Positions 1 through 15,300 of a DNA stretch of 64,000 nucleotides are shown one piece after another (the stretch's first letter is position 1; each line of letters opens with the position of its first letter). The DNA is taken from assembly GCF_009914755.1 (NCBI RefSeq), contig NC_060929.1. One strand, 5' to 3'. The notes below the pieces were generated by a model. The model searched no databases. It had not been told where the DNA came from and saw nothing but the letters and a program-made list of their open reading frames with translations. Origin of the DNA: the human T2T-CHM13v2.0 reference genome, Homo sapiens. The position numbers were made by a program, and so were the translations under genes.

Positions 1-265
1 AAACAGAGATTCAAAAATGGAGAGTTCAAAATACCATGAGTTATAAGCACACAAATTTCATCACTTGTCCTGGATTTATTAAAAAGATTTAAGCATTTTC
101 AAATAATAATTCACTAATGTATTAACAGCAATGGGCATATTCATTTACTAGTAATAGTCTTAAAACTGAAATACAGAAGATGTGTTAACTTTTAATGTAA
201 AATATATTTAGTATAATTGTCAAAGCCTTCTAAAGGGCCTTCCAGACAATAACTCTGAAGCTACA

Positions 266-266
<1 letters not shown>

Positions 267-300
<34 letters not shown>
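267..300. repeat. (CA)n microsatellite
   Basis: Perfect AC dinucleotide run of about 17 units. Confidence 0.97.
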
Positions 301-302
<2 letters not shown>

Positions 303-884
303 CATTTGTACATGAATACATATGTACATTTATATATACATGAATATTTTGTTGTCAGTTTTTTACTTGATTTCTTTAATCATCAACCACTTGTAGAAAA
401 CTGTGCTACTATTGAAATTATGTCTTATCCTTATTTTTTATGGTGGGTTTCTGTGACTAAGTACAGTATTTGAGCTTACTTTCATATTGACACTATTAAT
501 CAATGTGTTAGTACATATCAGTAATAGTATTAAAACGATACAATTGTATAGTATGTTTTCCAGAAAGGTTGACAAAAAGTCACGAGTTTTGCCTTAAGAT
601 CTTAACAAATAGAGAAACATTATTATGCAAAACAATGTAGAATCTAAGGAAATGTGGTAGGACAAACTTTTACAAGTAAAAACTTTAAAGTTGATAATAT
701 AAATGCTCTTTGGATAAAAATAATCAAGAAATTTTATCAAGGAGAAATATAGTCTTGAAATAAAACACTTCATTCAATTATGCCAAAAGTAGCTGGTCAG
801 GAAGTTTAAAATGATTTATGAGATTTATAGCTTCTATCTTATAGAAAGCATTGGCTGAAAAATAATTACAGTGGTAACTCCTTG

Positions 885-1586
885 ACCAAGCCAGTCTCAT
901 TCATCATGCAGTATCTTGTAAAAGCCCTCTAAGGGGCCTTCCTATTTCCATGTTTGCCTCCTAGAATCTATGTTCAATATAGTAGCTAAAATTATTAACA
1001 TATCAGTCAGATCATGTCACATCTCTACTCAAACCATCAATGGACCCTTGGGGGATCCAGGATGGAAGTCAAAATTCTTACAAGTGCCTAATGGACAGTG
1101 TTTCTTAATAAAGGTATGACTACTATCCTCCCTCTCACTTCTTTTGTTTTATCTATATTGACTGCTACACATTTTTAAATCTAAACCGGTATACTTCTAC
1201 CTGAGAAACATTTTACTGCTGTTTTCTCTGCCTGGAACAAACTTTGCCAATGTATCTACACCACCTATTTCTATACCTTCCTTAAATCTTTGTTCAAGTA
1301 TTACTTTCAAAATAAGGTCTAGATTCACCTCACTTATTTCACAACTCCAATTCACCATCCTGTAATCCCAATCCTCTTTCCATAGTTGTATTGCTTTTGT
1401 ATAACAGTTATAAACTTTTATCATACTATTTGCTTTATTTATTATCCTAATATTTATGTATTCCACTTCCATAATAAAAGCTTTATGAGAGTTGAGCTTT
1501 TGGTCTGTCTGGTCCCTTGAAATAAACCAGGAATCTCACACAGAGTACATGTTGAATAAATATTGTTTGAATGAATGAACAAATGA
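885..1586 (+). mobile_element. LINE-2 (L2a-like) 3' fragment
   Basis: L2-type motif tcagatcatgtcacatctctactcaaa and an L2 3' terminus aataaatattgtttgaatgaatgaa. Confidence 0.75.
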
Positions 1587-2016
1587 GAAGATTTTTGTGG
1601 TTCTTTTTAATTATTTTTGTTTAAAGATCTAAAATGGGAGTTTTTGGAATCCTGGAAAGAAAATTATAGAAATTAAACTTGTTAGGAAAATATGTAAAGA
1701 ACACATAGCTGAGATCCTACTGAAATGGGAAACAACACAGCAAACCAAGAACGAAGAAAACATAAGAATTAGGATAAACTTTTTTTCATGGCAGACAAGT
1801 AAGTCATCTCTGACAGGTCCTACATTCTACCCCACAGAATTAAGAGTATATAGAAATAATTTAAGAAGATCGTTTCTCTACCCACCCTTCTGGCTTGAAA
1901 TCTCTGATTCTTTGTTTTAACATCTATGTGAAGAAGGCTTCACTTGCTTTTGCTTTAATTTTTTTCTTGTAAATAATGTAATAATAATAATCATTAAGAA
2001 AATGATTGAAGAAATA

Positions 2017-2500
2017 CAGGTGTACTTCAGAAATATTGTGGCTTCTGTTCCACACTACAGCAATAAACATTGCCATAAAGCAAGCCACACAAATTTTTGG
2101 TTTCCCAGTGCATATAAGTTGTGTTTACTCTATATGGTAGTCTGTTAAGTGGTAAATAGCATTCTGTCTATAAAGACATTGTACATATTTTCAGTAAAAA
2201 ATACATTTTTATAAAATAATGCTAACAATCATTTGAGCATTGATTACCCTTCAGCAAGTGGTAATCTTTTTACTAGTGGAGAGTCTTGCCTCAATGCTGT
2301 TGTTACTGACTGATCAGGGTACTGGTTGCTGAAGGTTGGGTGGTTGTGACAATTTCTTAAAATAAGACAACAATGATGCTTTTTTGCATTGACCAACTGT
2401 TTTTTTTTTTTCACTAAAGATTTCTCCATAGCATGCGATACTATTTGACAGCATTTTACATTCAGAATTTCTGTGGCAATTTGAGTCAATCCTCTAAAAT
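2017..2500 (-). mobile_element. Tigger1 (TcMar-Tigger) DNA transposon, 3' end fragment
   Basis: Starts at TA|CAGGTGTACTTCAGAAATATTG, a degenerate Tigger1 TIR with a TA target. The minus ORF 2244-2489 resembles the transposase C-terminus (PTFSN..PDQS, RQDSPLVKRLPLAEG). Confidence 0.85.
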
Positions 2501-2784
2501 TGACCTAGTCCTGGTTTAGTCTTTTGTACTTGCCATCTCCTCTGCCAAGAAAGTTTTTTTTCTACATTAACCTTGACTTGCTTTCTCACTTACTTCATTC
2601 AGCTCTTTGCTCAAATCTTCTCAGTAAACTCTCCCTATCTAACCTATCCTATATAAAATTTCAGTCCCCTCACCCTGATATTTTGTATTCTAATTAATTA
2701 TCAAGCACATTTTTTCTCCATAGCATTTGTCATGGTCCAATATATATAGATTTGTGTGTGTATGTGTGTGTGTGTGTGAAATTT

Positions 2785-3035
2785 CAGTTAAATTAGAAAT
2801 TAAATATAAGTATGTCCAAACACAGCCTGCAACATATGTATCATAAAAACATTGCCATTTATCAGAAATTTACATTTAATTATACATTTTAATATGTGAT
2901 ATATGGGATATACTTTTAAAAATGACATGTAGTGACATCCTTTAAACATGCAGTATCTGAGACAGTAAAATTTATGTCATCTGAAACTTAAATTTAACTA
3001 GGAATTTTGTATGTTTTAAGATACTTCTGGCCAAC

Positions 3036-3038
<3 letters not shown>
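2785..3038. mobile_element. MER53-like hAT MITE (degenerate palindrome)
   Basis: Motifs cagttaaattagaaat, tataagtatgtcc, gggatatactt, atctgaaacttaaatttaacta and the terminus ctggccaacccta-like match the recalled MER53 arms. Confidence 0.6.
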
Positions 3039-3039
<1 letters not shown>

Positions 3040-3081
<42 letters not shown>

Positions 3082-3090
3082 TGTGTCTGT
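3040..3090. repeat. (TG)n microsatellite
   Basis: About 20 perfect GT units followed by ctgtgt variants. Confidence 0.97.
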
Positions 3091-3249
3091 GACTCCCCAG
3101 TTACATTGTAATCTCTGTTAGATATTTTTTATTGATTTATTTGCTGCTGTAGAGGTGAACAAGTAAACAAAGGTGCTCTATAGTACGTATTTAAGAGTGA
3201 ATTAAGTTGCTTGACTTTTTCATTTAGTTTTTGTTACTTGTAACATTAG

Positions 3250-3390
3250 GACATAAATATCTACCTACAAGGTTTTGGTGAGGTTTAAAATAAATAGCTT
3301 ACATAAATCACTTTGGACAGTACATAGCAAGGCGGTAAGTAGTTGATTATTCATTGTTTTGCATTTGCTATCATTATAGTTATTATTGAT
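3250..3390 (+). mobile_element. MIR 3' fragment
   Basis: ctacctacaaggttttggtgaggtttaaaataa resembles MIR acctacctcatagggttgttgtgaggattaaatga. Confidence 0.55.
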
Positions 3391-4654
3391 TGTATTAATC
3401 CCAAGAAGGAAACCCAGATATTCAGGTGAAGAACTCTGAAAATCTTGATGTTTTTGATGTGAAGAGTGCCATGACAACTTTTCCTAGGATTAAGCTCAAA
3501 AATAGTTACTTTGCTTCTGAAAGATATATTAAGTGCCGATTAAGTCCAGTTGGAGTTTTACAATATTCTTATGTTTTTCAAAGAAATAAAATATGTTTTC
3601 CTTTCTTCATTTAGGAAGGCATGAAATAGTATGGATGAAAGAAGTCAAGAGGATGTGGAGTAAATCTGTAAAATGACACTTTCAAATGTTATATCTCATT
3701 TTCAAATAGAAGTCTATTACAGAGAGGAGGAGGATGTAAGTACAGGAAGTGATCAAAAAGCAATTTGAAAACTATTTTTAAATAACACCATTTCAAAACT
3801 TGCAATTTTCTTGTTCTCTGAAATAGGCTTTATAAGAGGTGAACCCATCAAATGCACTTTAATGCATTAAGTGCTGTTTCAGTTTTACAAGGATACTCGT
3901 CTAAGAGTTTGGAAGTGCTGTGATGGGGCAGGGTTGGGTCCTCTGGAAAACAGAGAGTGTCATCTCTTTTCCGTTAGCAACATGAAATCACAGGCTTTAT
4001 TGTACATGTCTCAGGCATTGGTGCTTTTTTCAGGCCATTGTCATGGCTTCTTCAGAAATCAAGTTTACATAAGTTGAAGCAGTAGATGCATACTTGAAAA
4101 AATGGTTTTAAATTGATTGTATTCAATACATCATAATATATTTTCAATGTCTGTAAGGGAACTTACCGTTTACATGAACACTTCAGAAAATATTGTGATG
4201 AATTGGGAAACAGTTTGAGATTTTATATACTCACATCCTAACTTATTTGTTTTGTGCCTTTGGACAATCACATTATTCTATTGTACACAATTGGAGAATA
4301 CCTGGTAAGCCTCACATAGACTTAAAACTAGACAATAGTTAAAACTTTGTTGTGATTAGATCACTGATAAAATTAAACAGACATTTGATGTCCATTTCCC
4401 ATATGGTGACACCCGTTCTTATGAGTATTCTGTTGAGCAAAGCACACAAAGGTAAAAAAGAGATAAACTATTAATAAGATTTATGTTTTCATTTTTACAC
4501 ATTTACTCATATATCAGAATCACCATGGTTTTTAATTGGGTGTCAGAATGAACATACACTTGAATTTTCACATGAACAATTTTAAATATAGACATGAATA
4601 CACAAGTTCAGTTTCTAAATTTGCCAGTTACTATTTTCTGCGATAGAAGCAAAT

Positions 4655-4893
4655 AATGTACAGAGATTATAAGCATGGACTTTAGAGTCAGACTTCTACT
4701 TATCCCCTTCTCACACATGTAATCCTGCAAAAATTACTTGTTTCTGAAGCCTGAGTTTACTCATTTGTTTATTGTAGGACAATAACATCAGACTGATAGA
4801 AGTTTTGTGAGGATTTAGACATGTTCAGATAGGTGCTTATTATCAAACCTGCTATATATTAAATGATATAAAATGGTAGCTATTAGTATTATT
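4655..4893 (+). mobile_element. MIR
   Basis: 5' aagcatggactttagagtcagac, core gcctgagtttactcatttgt, ttttgtgaggattta and tail tagctattagtattatt. Confidence 0.75.
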
Positions 4894-5929
4894 TTATATG
4901 ACCTCAAGAAGAATACGATTATAACCACCATGAGCTTGAAAATCTCTACTGTCTTATTATCATCATTATTTTAGTTCTTAAATATATTTTTATTATAATT
5001 TTTCTGTTAGACTACATAAATATACATATATATTTTTAATTCCACAGACACATATATTTTATATGTCTTATTACAATTTTGAGGGAATAATTTTTAAAAA
5101 GTTTTATTGTATGTTTATATTTTAAGGTAAGGCAAATAAGTCATGTAAAAATGACTTCTATTTATACATTTTGCAGGATGGTAATTTCTAGTCTTAATAT
5201 AGAAGTCTGTATTTTGAGTTACTTTACTGTAATTATAAGACTTTATGATTTAAGTAACATATGTAAATGAACTTAAATGATATTTGCATACTAACTCATT
5301 TAATTATAATATTCATGATCAAGTAAAATAATTTTAGGTAAGTGTAGCTTTAATGAATGTAGTGAATTAGCTCTAATTTGCGAATGAGTGCTTTTAGATA
5401 ATGCTTTTGAAATTTGACTTGATTTAGAAAAAACATTGATCGTTCTCTGTTAAGTTTAAAGAAATACCAGAAGCTGCTGACAAGTTAAATTCAACTACTT
5501 TTCTTCATTTCTGAATAAAAAAATTAAAATGCCTCATTGACCTATTTTATAATAAAGATATAATAAATAATAACAGTAGAGTCTATGTTAGTTATTCAAA
5601 TGAATGACTGAGCCTTTTAAATGAAAAAATTCTAATTTCCAGTTAGTAACCATCTCACCTCTAAAAGCATAACTGAAAAATAAATTGAGTTACTGTACAA
5701 TTTAAATTTCCTGGAAAGTGGATCCAATATATGCATGAATATAATTTATACTGGCTTCTTGCATCCAGTATATAAAGGAATTAAAAATCCCCCAATAGTC
5801 CCTAACTGTTTTGGAAATAAAGTTGAATTTTGAACAAGTTTTTTAATTAAATTTATTAGTAATCACCTGTTATAGTGGAAGTAAGATAATACAATTTTTA
5901 AAAATACAGATATCTGAGGAAAGCCTTTC

Positions 5930-6130
5930 TTTCAATCCAGCACCATAGTTTTTCTGTAACAACTGACAAATTATTTAACTTATCTAACACTCACTTTTCA
6001 CATCTTTAATACAGCAATAATAACAGTATCTGACTTCTATATTTATTGAAATATGTAATCTTATTCCAGGCAATCATTTAGAAAATGGAAGTGCTCAGTA
6101 AAAATTAACTATTATCCTTATCACTATTAT
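5930..6130 (+). mobile_element. MIR fragment
   Basis: MIR core: gacaaattatttaacttatct...ctcacttttcacatctttaatacagcaataataacagta. Confidence 0.6.
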
Positions 6131-6713
6131 TATTTGCTCAAAGAAAAAATAATATCTTTAAAAAAATACTCCTTGAGTAATACCCTCATTATTACAAAAT
6201 TTATTCCTGCTTAAGAGAAAAATTACAGGTTATGGCAGACCTATAGGAATCAAGAGTGGTTAAATAATCTCTGTAGACACTCAGAACAATCATATGAACC
6301 TTGTGGCTTTCCAAGCATAAGACTGACATCAAATATGTTTGGTCTGATCTAACCTTGATTATAGAAGCTTGGAGTACTTACATAACAAGCATGTATCCTG
6401 TAAAACTTGTGTTACTGTTATCACCCTTCTCAAATAGAAACATGATTTCTACACATCCTGTCCATTGTAACCATACGCAGATTTTGCTCTATTCCATTGT
6501 TCAACTCATTCTGCAATTAAGCATAACTGTAGAGGAAAAATCTAGTTTTCCATACTCAGGAGAGAAGTTAAAAGTGTTTTATAATCTGACCAAATGCCCC
6601 CAGATTTGTTCAATGCCAAAATTAAATGTAGCTGAAGTATAAACTCATTTGAGATTGACTTACTGCCAGGAAATACAATTTAGATTATGACTATATTTTC
6701 TTATTCTATTTAA

Positions 6714-8589
<1,876 letters not shown>

Positions 8590-9684
8590 TTATTGTTATC
8601 AAATATAGAAATTTAAAAAAATATAGTTCTTCTAAAAGTTTCACATCAAACTTTCATAGTCCGTCTCCCGTAAACATTGTCAAAGAAATGGGGCAAACTA
8701 ATTATAAGTTCTATTTTTTAAATGAGGACTTAAAGAATGGTAAGATATTGAGGTATGGAATATGCTAAATTCAGTTAGCTGAATTATAAGCAAAGTATTC
8801 TGCTTAGGCACACACATGAACGCACACACAGAGACACAGACAGAGAGAGAGAAAATAAAGGAATAATATGTGATAGTCAAGTAATTAATAATCTGCATAT
8901 CGACAATTTCCATTTTCAAGCTATTAAACCAATCAATGATTACTCATAGAAATCATTGATAAAGTAAGTGAAAATTCTACCAGAAAATTTTCCACAAACC
9001 TGAAGACCAGATTGTAATGTGTCACAAGGTCTTCAAAGTATTCCATTTTTTTTTCAAATTTTTAGTGAAAAGATTTTTTTTACATTTATTTATAAATACC
9101 AGAAATACATTCTAAATATAGATGACAGTCTACAGGCTGAACAAACATGAACAATGAGAAATAACGTTCTGTGTAACAGATCATAGTGACACTTCACATC
9201 GAGGTTAGCATTACAAAGACATATTATTTAATTATTAAATTGACTATGTAAAGGAGTTGCATGGAAACATTCTTGAATCTCTCAGCCTGCATGGATACAG
9301 GCTCAGAAATACAAAATAATTTTGAATTTTTAATTTTAATAGTTATGAAGAAAATTGGGATTTTGGGCTTAGTAATTTGAAGGACATTATGTCATGTTTT
9401 AAATTTTATTTATATTTTATGAATTTCAAAACAATTTTTCTTTTGTCTTTTTAATTATACATGTGATTCTTGAAATTGAAATACCAGGTGTTTTTATTTT
9501 CAAAATGCTACAAAGCAAAAAATGCTGGCATTACTTACTTAAATATTCATGGAAAAGCATATCCAGTGAAATGGATAAAATTAGTTAAACTCGTAACTTT
9601 AAGCATAAAAAGATTTTTAGATTCCATAATATGGATCAGATTTCATCATTAGCTATGTCTTGCAAACACAATGTTTTCAACATA

Positions 9685-9960
9685 AAATCAACAAAAATTT
9701 GTTAAATATCGATAATTTACCCTCTACTGTGCTATACATTGGGAATTAAAATAAAACAAACATATTTTATCCTCTCAAGGGGCTCATTGTAAAAATATAA
9801 TTGCACTGTTTTGGCAATACAGTGAGTGGAATGCTAACAGCAAAAACACATTACCATGAGAAGATAAATAACAATGTGACAAACTGTCCCTGGTGAACAG
9901 GGGGATGACTTTGCTGAATTAGTAACATATGAGTTAGACCCTGGATTATATAATATGTTA
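9685..9960 (-). mobile_element. LINE-2 3' fragment
   Basis: tcaacaaaaatttgttaaat...actgtgctatacattggga...cctctcaaggggctcattgt matches the reverse complement of an L2 3' end. Confidence 0.55.
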
Positions 9961-10069
9961 AGCATGTAAAGGTGGTGTACAAATGAAAAGGGTTCATTAA
10001 TGGCACAATGATCATAAGTATAAGGTTGACTTTTAGGCTGTAACTTTTCTCAATAAAATTTAAGTAGTG

Positions 10070-10200
10070 CTAACTGCAGTGTGGTATCCTAGGTTGAATT
10101 ATAGAATAGAAAAAAGAATATCAATGAGAAATCTCATGAAATCCAAATAGAATCTAGAGCTTAGTAACAGTAATGTGTTACCATGTTTGTTACATTGATG
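10070..10200 (+). mobile_element. L1MC/ME 3'UTR fragment
   Basis: tgcagtgtggtatcctaggttgaattatagaatagaaaaaagaatatc resembles the L1MC-type 3'UTR. Confidence 0.55.
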
Positions 10201-10259
10201 AGGTTCACAGTCACTTCCTTATAGTGTTAACCTATTGTGATCAATAATTAACACACATT

Positions 10260-10613
10260 TCCATGACCATTCGGAGGATAGTTTGAATTGTCATTCTATT
10301 TACTCTATAAAAAATCATACATAAAAATTGTTAGCATATAAAGAGATAAAGAATACACCATCAACAAGACATAGGGTAAAGTTTATGAAAATGAGCAGGC
10401 AATTGACAAATATTTTAATTTGCTAAATTATGGACCATTTGTATAAACTAACTCTTGTAAAATGTTCAATTTGTCCATATCTCTTTCCTTATCCTATGCA
10501 AATATTCACTTTGCACTTTATTTTGAACTACAATTTTTGTATCATGTGTCTAAAAATGACTCCTCCTAACTTTATAAGCTAGAGGTCACAAAAAAATCCT
10601 GGATTCACCTCTG
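10260..10613 (-). mobile_element. hAT-Tip100 (Zaphod/MER115-like) terminal fragment
   Basis: Reverse complement of the right end reads cagaggtgaatccaggattttttgtgacctctagcttata, similar to the recalled CAGGGGCGGATCCAGG terminus. Confidence 0.5.
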
Positions 10614-11339
10614 TAAATATAGTCATTCAAATAACTGATGGAAAACTAAAGCAACAAATAAAAACAGAAATGTAACAAAATAAAACTGATAAATCTAAAT
10701 CTAGTTGGTTTTTGGATAAGACTTTAAAGAAAACACCAAAAAGATAAAAAGAAGCAGTGAGCAACCAAAATGTCAAAATTGAATGAGTTGGCATTTTTAG
10801 AAAAACAAATTTGTACAAAGTGAGTTTTTTGAGCCATATTCTGCATACAGAGAGTAAACGTCACCTAGCTCTGATGAACAATGAACCTGTGTTGCATAAA
10901 TAAATAATAAAGAGAGAAATTACTTCGGGCCTGTGTGGCTTTAGTCTTCTGTGTCAAGGAGGGGGATTTTCTGAGATTAAACTCAGTGGATACCAGTCAC
11001 TTAAATCTGATGCATTATATCCCCGGACATTGACGCTAAATTCAGAAGATATCTTACAGCTGCTGACACAAAGCCACTGACAGAATGATTCACTAAAAAC
11101 AAACAAATAAAACAAAACAAAAACCACAAGGATTTTTCATTCAAACTGACACAGGCTTCCTGAGTTTTAGTCTTCAAACCTGTAGTAACTGTGCTAGATT
11201 ATTTTCTGGACACACTCTGAAAGTACTCAACTATAGAGATCAGTCTTAAAGAGGAATGCTAAATTCTGGTTTTAGAGAAGAACAGGGGCATTACAGGATA
11301 GCTTGTCATATGGCTGAGAAACGATGACTCATAAAGAGG

Positions 11340-11575
11340 AGCAGGTGTTCATAGTAATCAACATTAAATCTCTGGAGTCACAAGCACAGGCTCAAATATA
11401 ATTCCACCATCGATAAACGCCAGGACATCGGGTAAGTTACTTAGCCCCTTTGTGCCTAGGTTTCTATGGTGGAATAATGAGAGAACATATCACAATTGTG
11501 GTGATGAGAATTAATTGAGTCAACATTTTAAAATTACTTAGAATATTGTCTTGAACACAAAAAAATGCTATGAAA
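11340..11575 (+). mobile_element. MIR
   Basis: tctctggagtca...gggtaagttacttagcccctttgtgcctagg...ttgtggtgatgagaattaattgagt. Confidence 0.75.
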
Positions 11576-11779
11576 CTGTAAATTAAAAAAAAAATCATCA
11601 CGCAACTCATTATCTGTATATAGAGAGAAGGAATCTTAGAAGATAGTATGATTGTTTCAAAAAACGTACATTCCTTTCCACAGAGAAATACTTGGTATGA
11701 ATGTAATAAAAACAAAACAAACAAAAAACACCATACTAACTACAGTTAAGAGGGAAGAATTGAGTTTGTTTCTCCATAC

Positions 11780-12470
11780 CACGTTCTCTTTTGACCCTCA
11801 TGTAGGCAATTACTTTAATGTGTTTAATGAATACTTTTTCAAAATTGGCATCATTGCTTTGTATGTTTTAAATTCACAAAAATGCTATCGTATCACATAC
11901 AAGTTTTGTACTTTCTTCAGTAATTACTGTGCTATTAATATTTGCCAATATTGCTATCTATATCTTTCTTTAATCCATTTCTCCTATTTAGTCATATACT
12001 TCATGGTGTAAATTCAGTCCATTTTACCCATTTAACTCTCCAAGTATAGACACACAGTTTGACTGGCAAACATTTTTATAGATAGTGCTCATGGTTTGTA
12101 GGGGCTGGAAGCCACAAGAAAATGTATAAACTGCTAAAGGACAGACTAGCAAGCACACTGGAAAGCAACTTTATACCAGTTATTCAGATTAATAGACGAT
12201 TGTCTTAATCTACATGTTTCTCACAAATGATCATTTTATATTTACTTTATACATGTGCTTGTTAGATTTTTGGTTCTCCTTTTCTAAAAAGTTTACTCTT
12301 GAAATATATACATTTTTTTCTGCTAGCATTCTTTAGAAATAGCTTCTAAAATATTTTACATAATAATCTCAATTTATTTTAGACACTGAAATATCTTTTC
12401 CCATTCAGTCCTCTATTTCTTAACTTTTTCTGTAATATCCTTGGTTTAAACAGTTATTAATTTTAATCTT
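11780..12470 (-). mobile_element. Highly degraded L1ME-type fragments
   Basis: T-rich segments resembling antisense old L1 3' region; weak similarity only. Confidence 0.4.
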
Positions 12471-12639
12471 TAATTTTATACTTACAGAAAAAGATATACT
12501 AGTACTAAAATCTGAATCATATGTCATGTACTCAGATTTATCTATTGGTTTGCATTTTTCTTCGTTTGCTTATGCTTAATTTTATATTTTAAAAACATAC
12601 ATATAAACACATAAATCATATATAGACATTTGTATTTGT

Positions 12640-14010
12640 TTATGAAGCATTTGAGGGCAGGTTACAGACATTTTACTCCTGTACTTTTAAATATTTCACT
12701 ATGTATTTCCTAAGAGCAAAAATATACTCTCATATAAACACAGTAAATTTTTCAAACTCAGAAAATACAATTGATTTAATAATATTTTCTAATGCAAAAT
12801 CAATATTTAAATGTTGTTAATTATCCTCATCAGGTTCTTTAACATCCCACCCTCTAGGCTTGGCTTATACCTTGAATTTTGCTGTCATGATTGTTCTTTG
12901 ATATGAAATATTTCCCCCGTTTTTTTGCTTTTAGACCTTGATCTTTTTAGAGAACAGGCTAGTTGTTTTACATAATCCCCCACAATTTGGATTTTTCCCA
13001 AATTTTCCTCAGATTAGAGTTAGATTATGCATTTTGGAGAGGAATAACACAGATATATTGTGCCCTATTAATACATCATATTGGGACACACAATATTGTT
13101 CCAATATTAGTTATGTTAAGTTTATTTTTCACTTGAGTAACAAGGTCTCAGCCCAAATCATCCACTATAGTGCTATCTTTTTTTTTTACACTTAAAAAGT
13201 ATTTTTTGTAGTATACTTTGAATTACATCATCGTGTTCTGAATCAGTATTTTTCTCACTAGTTTTAGCACCCATGATAATTTTTGTATTATTGTCTGTTT
13301 TAGGTGTGATGTTCTGATGTTCTTATACATAGTGAACTGGTTACTATAGGAAAGTAACTTAATATATCAATCAGCTCACACAGGTTATTTTTTCTGTGTT
13401 TGTGTGTGGCAACAAGAGTGCCTAAAAAAAAAAAACTTCCAGGATACAACATCATAATATTAGCTTTAATCCTCATATGGTACATTAGATCTGTAGAGTT
13501 TTTCATCCTACATAACTGAAATGACTGCAACTTTATGTCTGGCTTGTTTCACTTACCATAATGTTCTCCAGGTTCACCCATATTATTGCAAATTACAAGA
13601 TTTCCTTTTTTCAGGATGAATTCTATTCTATTGTAGATTATTTTTTAAACTACACAATTATTTATTAGCACTCATGGGTAAAGAAGAACTTACTTTTTTC
13701 ATGATTTATCACATTTGTCTGTATCTGTGTGGATTCATGGATTTATTTTATATTTAACGTATTGTAATACATTGTTTATTTATTTTGATGCTCAAATTAT
13801 TCCAGATTTGACCAGCAGAGGACCACTAAGTAGAGTCCGTGACCCTAAAACATGTTCTATCATTTTTTCCAGGTTTGTCTTGAAATTCCCCTTACCTCTT
13901 CATTCGTCTAAGGAGCCCTTAGATTCTTATGGTTGAAAATGGTATTTAGAAATGAAGATTTGTTAAAGAAGCCTGCTCATTGCTATTGACATGTCATTGT
14001 TAACTATTTA
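12640..14010 (-). mobile_element. L1MC4/5-type 3'UTR, interrupted by an L1MA piece
   Basis: gttacagacatt...atgtatttcctaagagcaaa...catataaacacagta, and ttttgatgctcaaattattccagatttgaccag. Confidence 0.65.
13298..13640 (-). mobile_element. L1MA-type 3' end fragment
   Basis: atacatagtgaactggttactatagg...atggtacattagatctgtagagtttttcatcctacataactgaaa. Confidence 0.65.
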
Positions 14011-14100
14011 CTTATATCTCTCTCACCCCTCTCTTTTTATATATATATATATTTATTTATATTTATATTCATATATGGCATGTGTGGATATATACACACA

Positions 14101-14653
14101 CACAGTACGTATATATGGTATATATACACACGCACAGTACGTATATATGGTATATATACACACGCACAGTACGTATATATGGTATATATACACACGCACA
14201 GTACGTATATATGGTATATATACACACGCACAGTACGTATATATGGTATATATACACACGCACAGTACGTATATATGGTATATATACACACGCACAGTAC
14301 GTATATATGGTATATATACACAGGCACAGTACGTATATATGGTATATATACACAGGCACAGTACGTATATATGGTATATATACACAGGCACAGTACGTAT
14401 ATATGGTATATATACACACGCACAGTATGTATATATGGTATATATACACCTATGATGTATATATATGGTATATATACACCTATGATATATATATGGTATA
14501 TATACACCTATGATGTATATATATGGTATATATACACCTATGATGTATATATATGGTATATATACACCTATGATGCATATATATGGTATATATACACCTA
14601 TGATGTATACATATGGTATATATACACACATGATGTATGTATATGGTATATAT
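14101..14653. repeat. Compound minisatellite: ten 32-bp units, one hybrid unit, then about 6.7 30-bp units
   Basis: Unit A is cacagtacgtatatatggtatatatacaca(c/g)g (14101-14420). Unit B is tatgatgtatatatatggtatatatacacc (from 14451). There are no spacers. Confidence 0.97.
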
Positions 14654-15109
14654 ATGGTGTGTGTGTATATATACAGTGTATATATCTGAATATATATACA
14701 CCTTTTTTTAGTGTTATATAAAAAAGTTTCAAATACAAAATGAGAAAAATAAAGTAGATGGATGGGACTGGAGATATCAATGCAAACTCATAGTTTTGTA
14801 AATACTTTAAGGTAAGATATACAAAGAGACACAAATAAAAATGTACTTAAACACACACAAATATATATATATAATTACATATAGTTGTACCTATTTTTAT
14901 ATCTCTCCATTGATGCAATAGATGCAATAATAACATTTTAATATTTGGTAGAACAAGTCCCTCCTTCTTTATACTCTTTTCTTTTGGATCACTTAGCTCT
15001 TTGCAGGCCTTATTCACTCCAACTAAATACTAGGATAAGTTTATTGTGTTCCTCAACATATTCAATAGGAATTTTGATTGGGATACTTGAGTGTTTTTAT
15101 AACATGAAT

Positions 15110-15300
15110 GTAGAGTTATCTATAAGTCTTGAGACAGGTAGTCAGAAAATCTGGATTTGAATCCTGGCTATATAACTAGCTAGATAAATCACCAAGGACA
15201 GTTTAAATTCTAAATAAGACTTACAGTTCTCATCTGTAAAATGGGTATAGTAATGGGTACTATAAAATATTGTCAAAATAAATAAATGAAAAATAAATTA
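15110..15300 (+). mobile_element. MIR
   Basis: agtcagaaaatctggatttgaatcctggct...cagttctcatctgtaaaatgggtatagtaat. Confidence 0.8.

Larger units (their letters stand above)
2515..3210 (+). mobile_element. LINE-2 fragment interrupted by a MER53-like element and (TG)n
   Basis: Pyrimidine-rich L2-like segments (ttcattcagctctttgctcaaat) on both sides of the insert. Confidence 0.5.

Noticed and set aside
8932-8960. Perfect 10-bp inverted repeat atcaatgatt / aatcattgat
   Set aside because: Short and AT-rich; plausible by chance in 64 kb, with no TSD or family match.
14101-14653. 32-bp repeats resembling a CRISPR array
   Set aside because: Units are head-to-tail with no unique spacers, there are no cas genes, and the context is primate DNA.
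13991-14834. Many overlapping 70-213-aa Y/I/H-rich ORFs
   Set aside because: These arise from a stop-free tandem repeat and are open in all frames.
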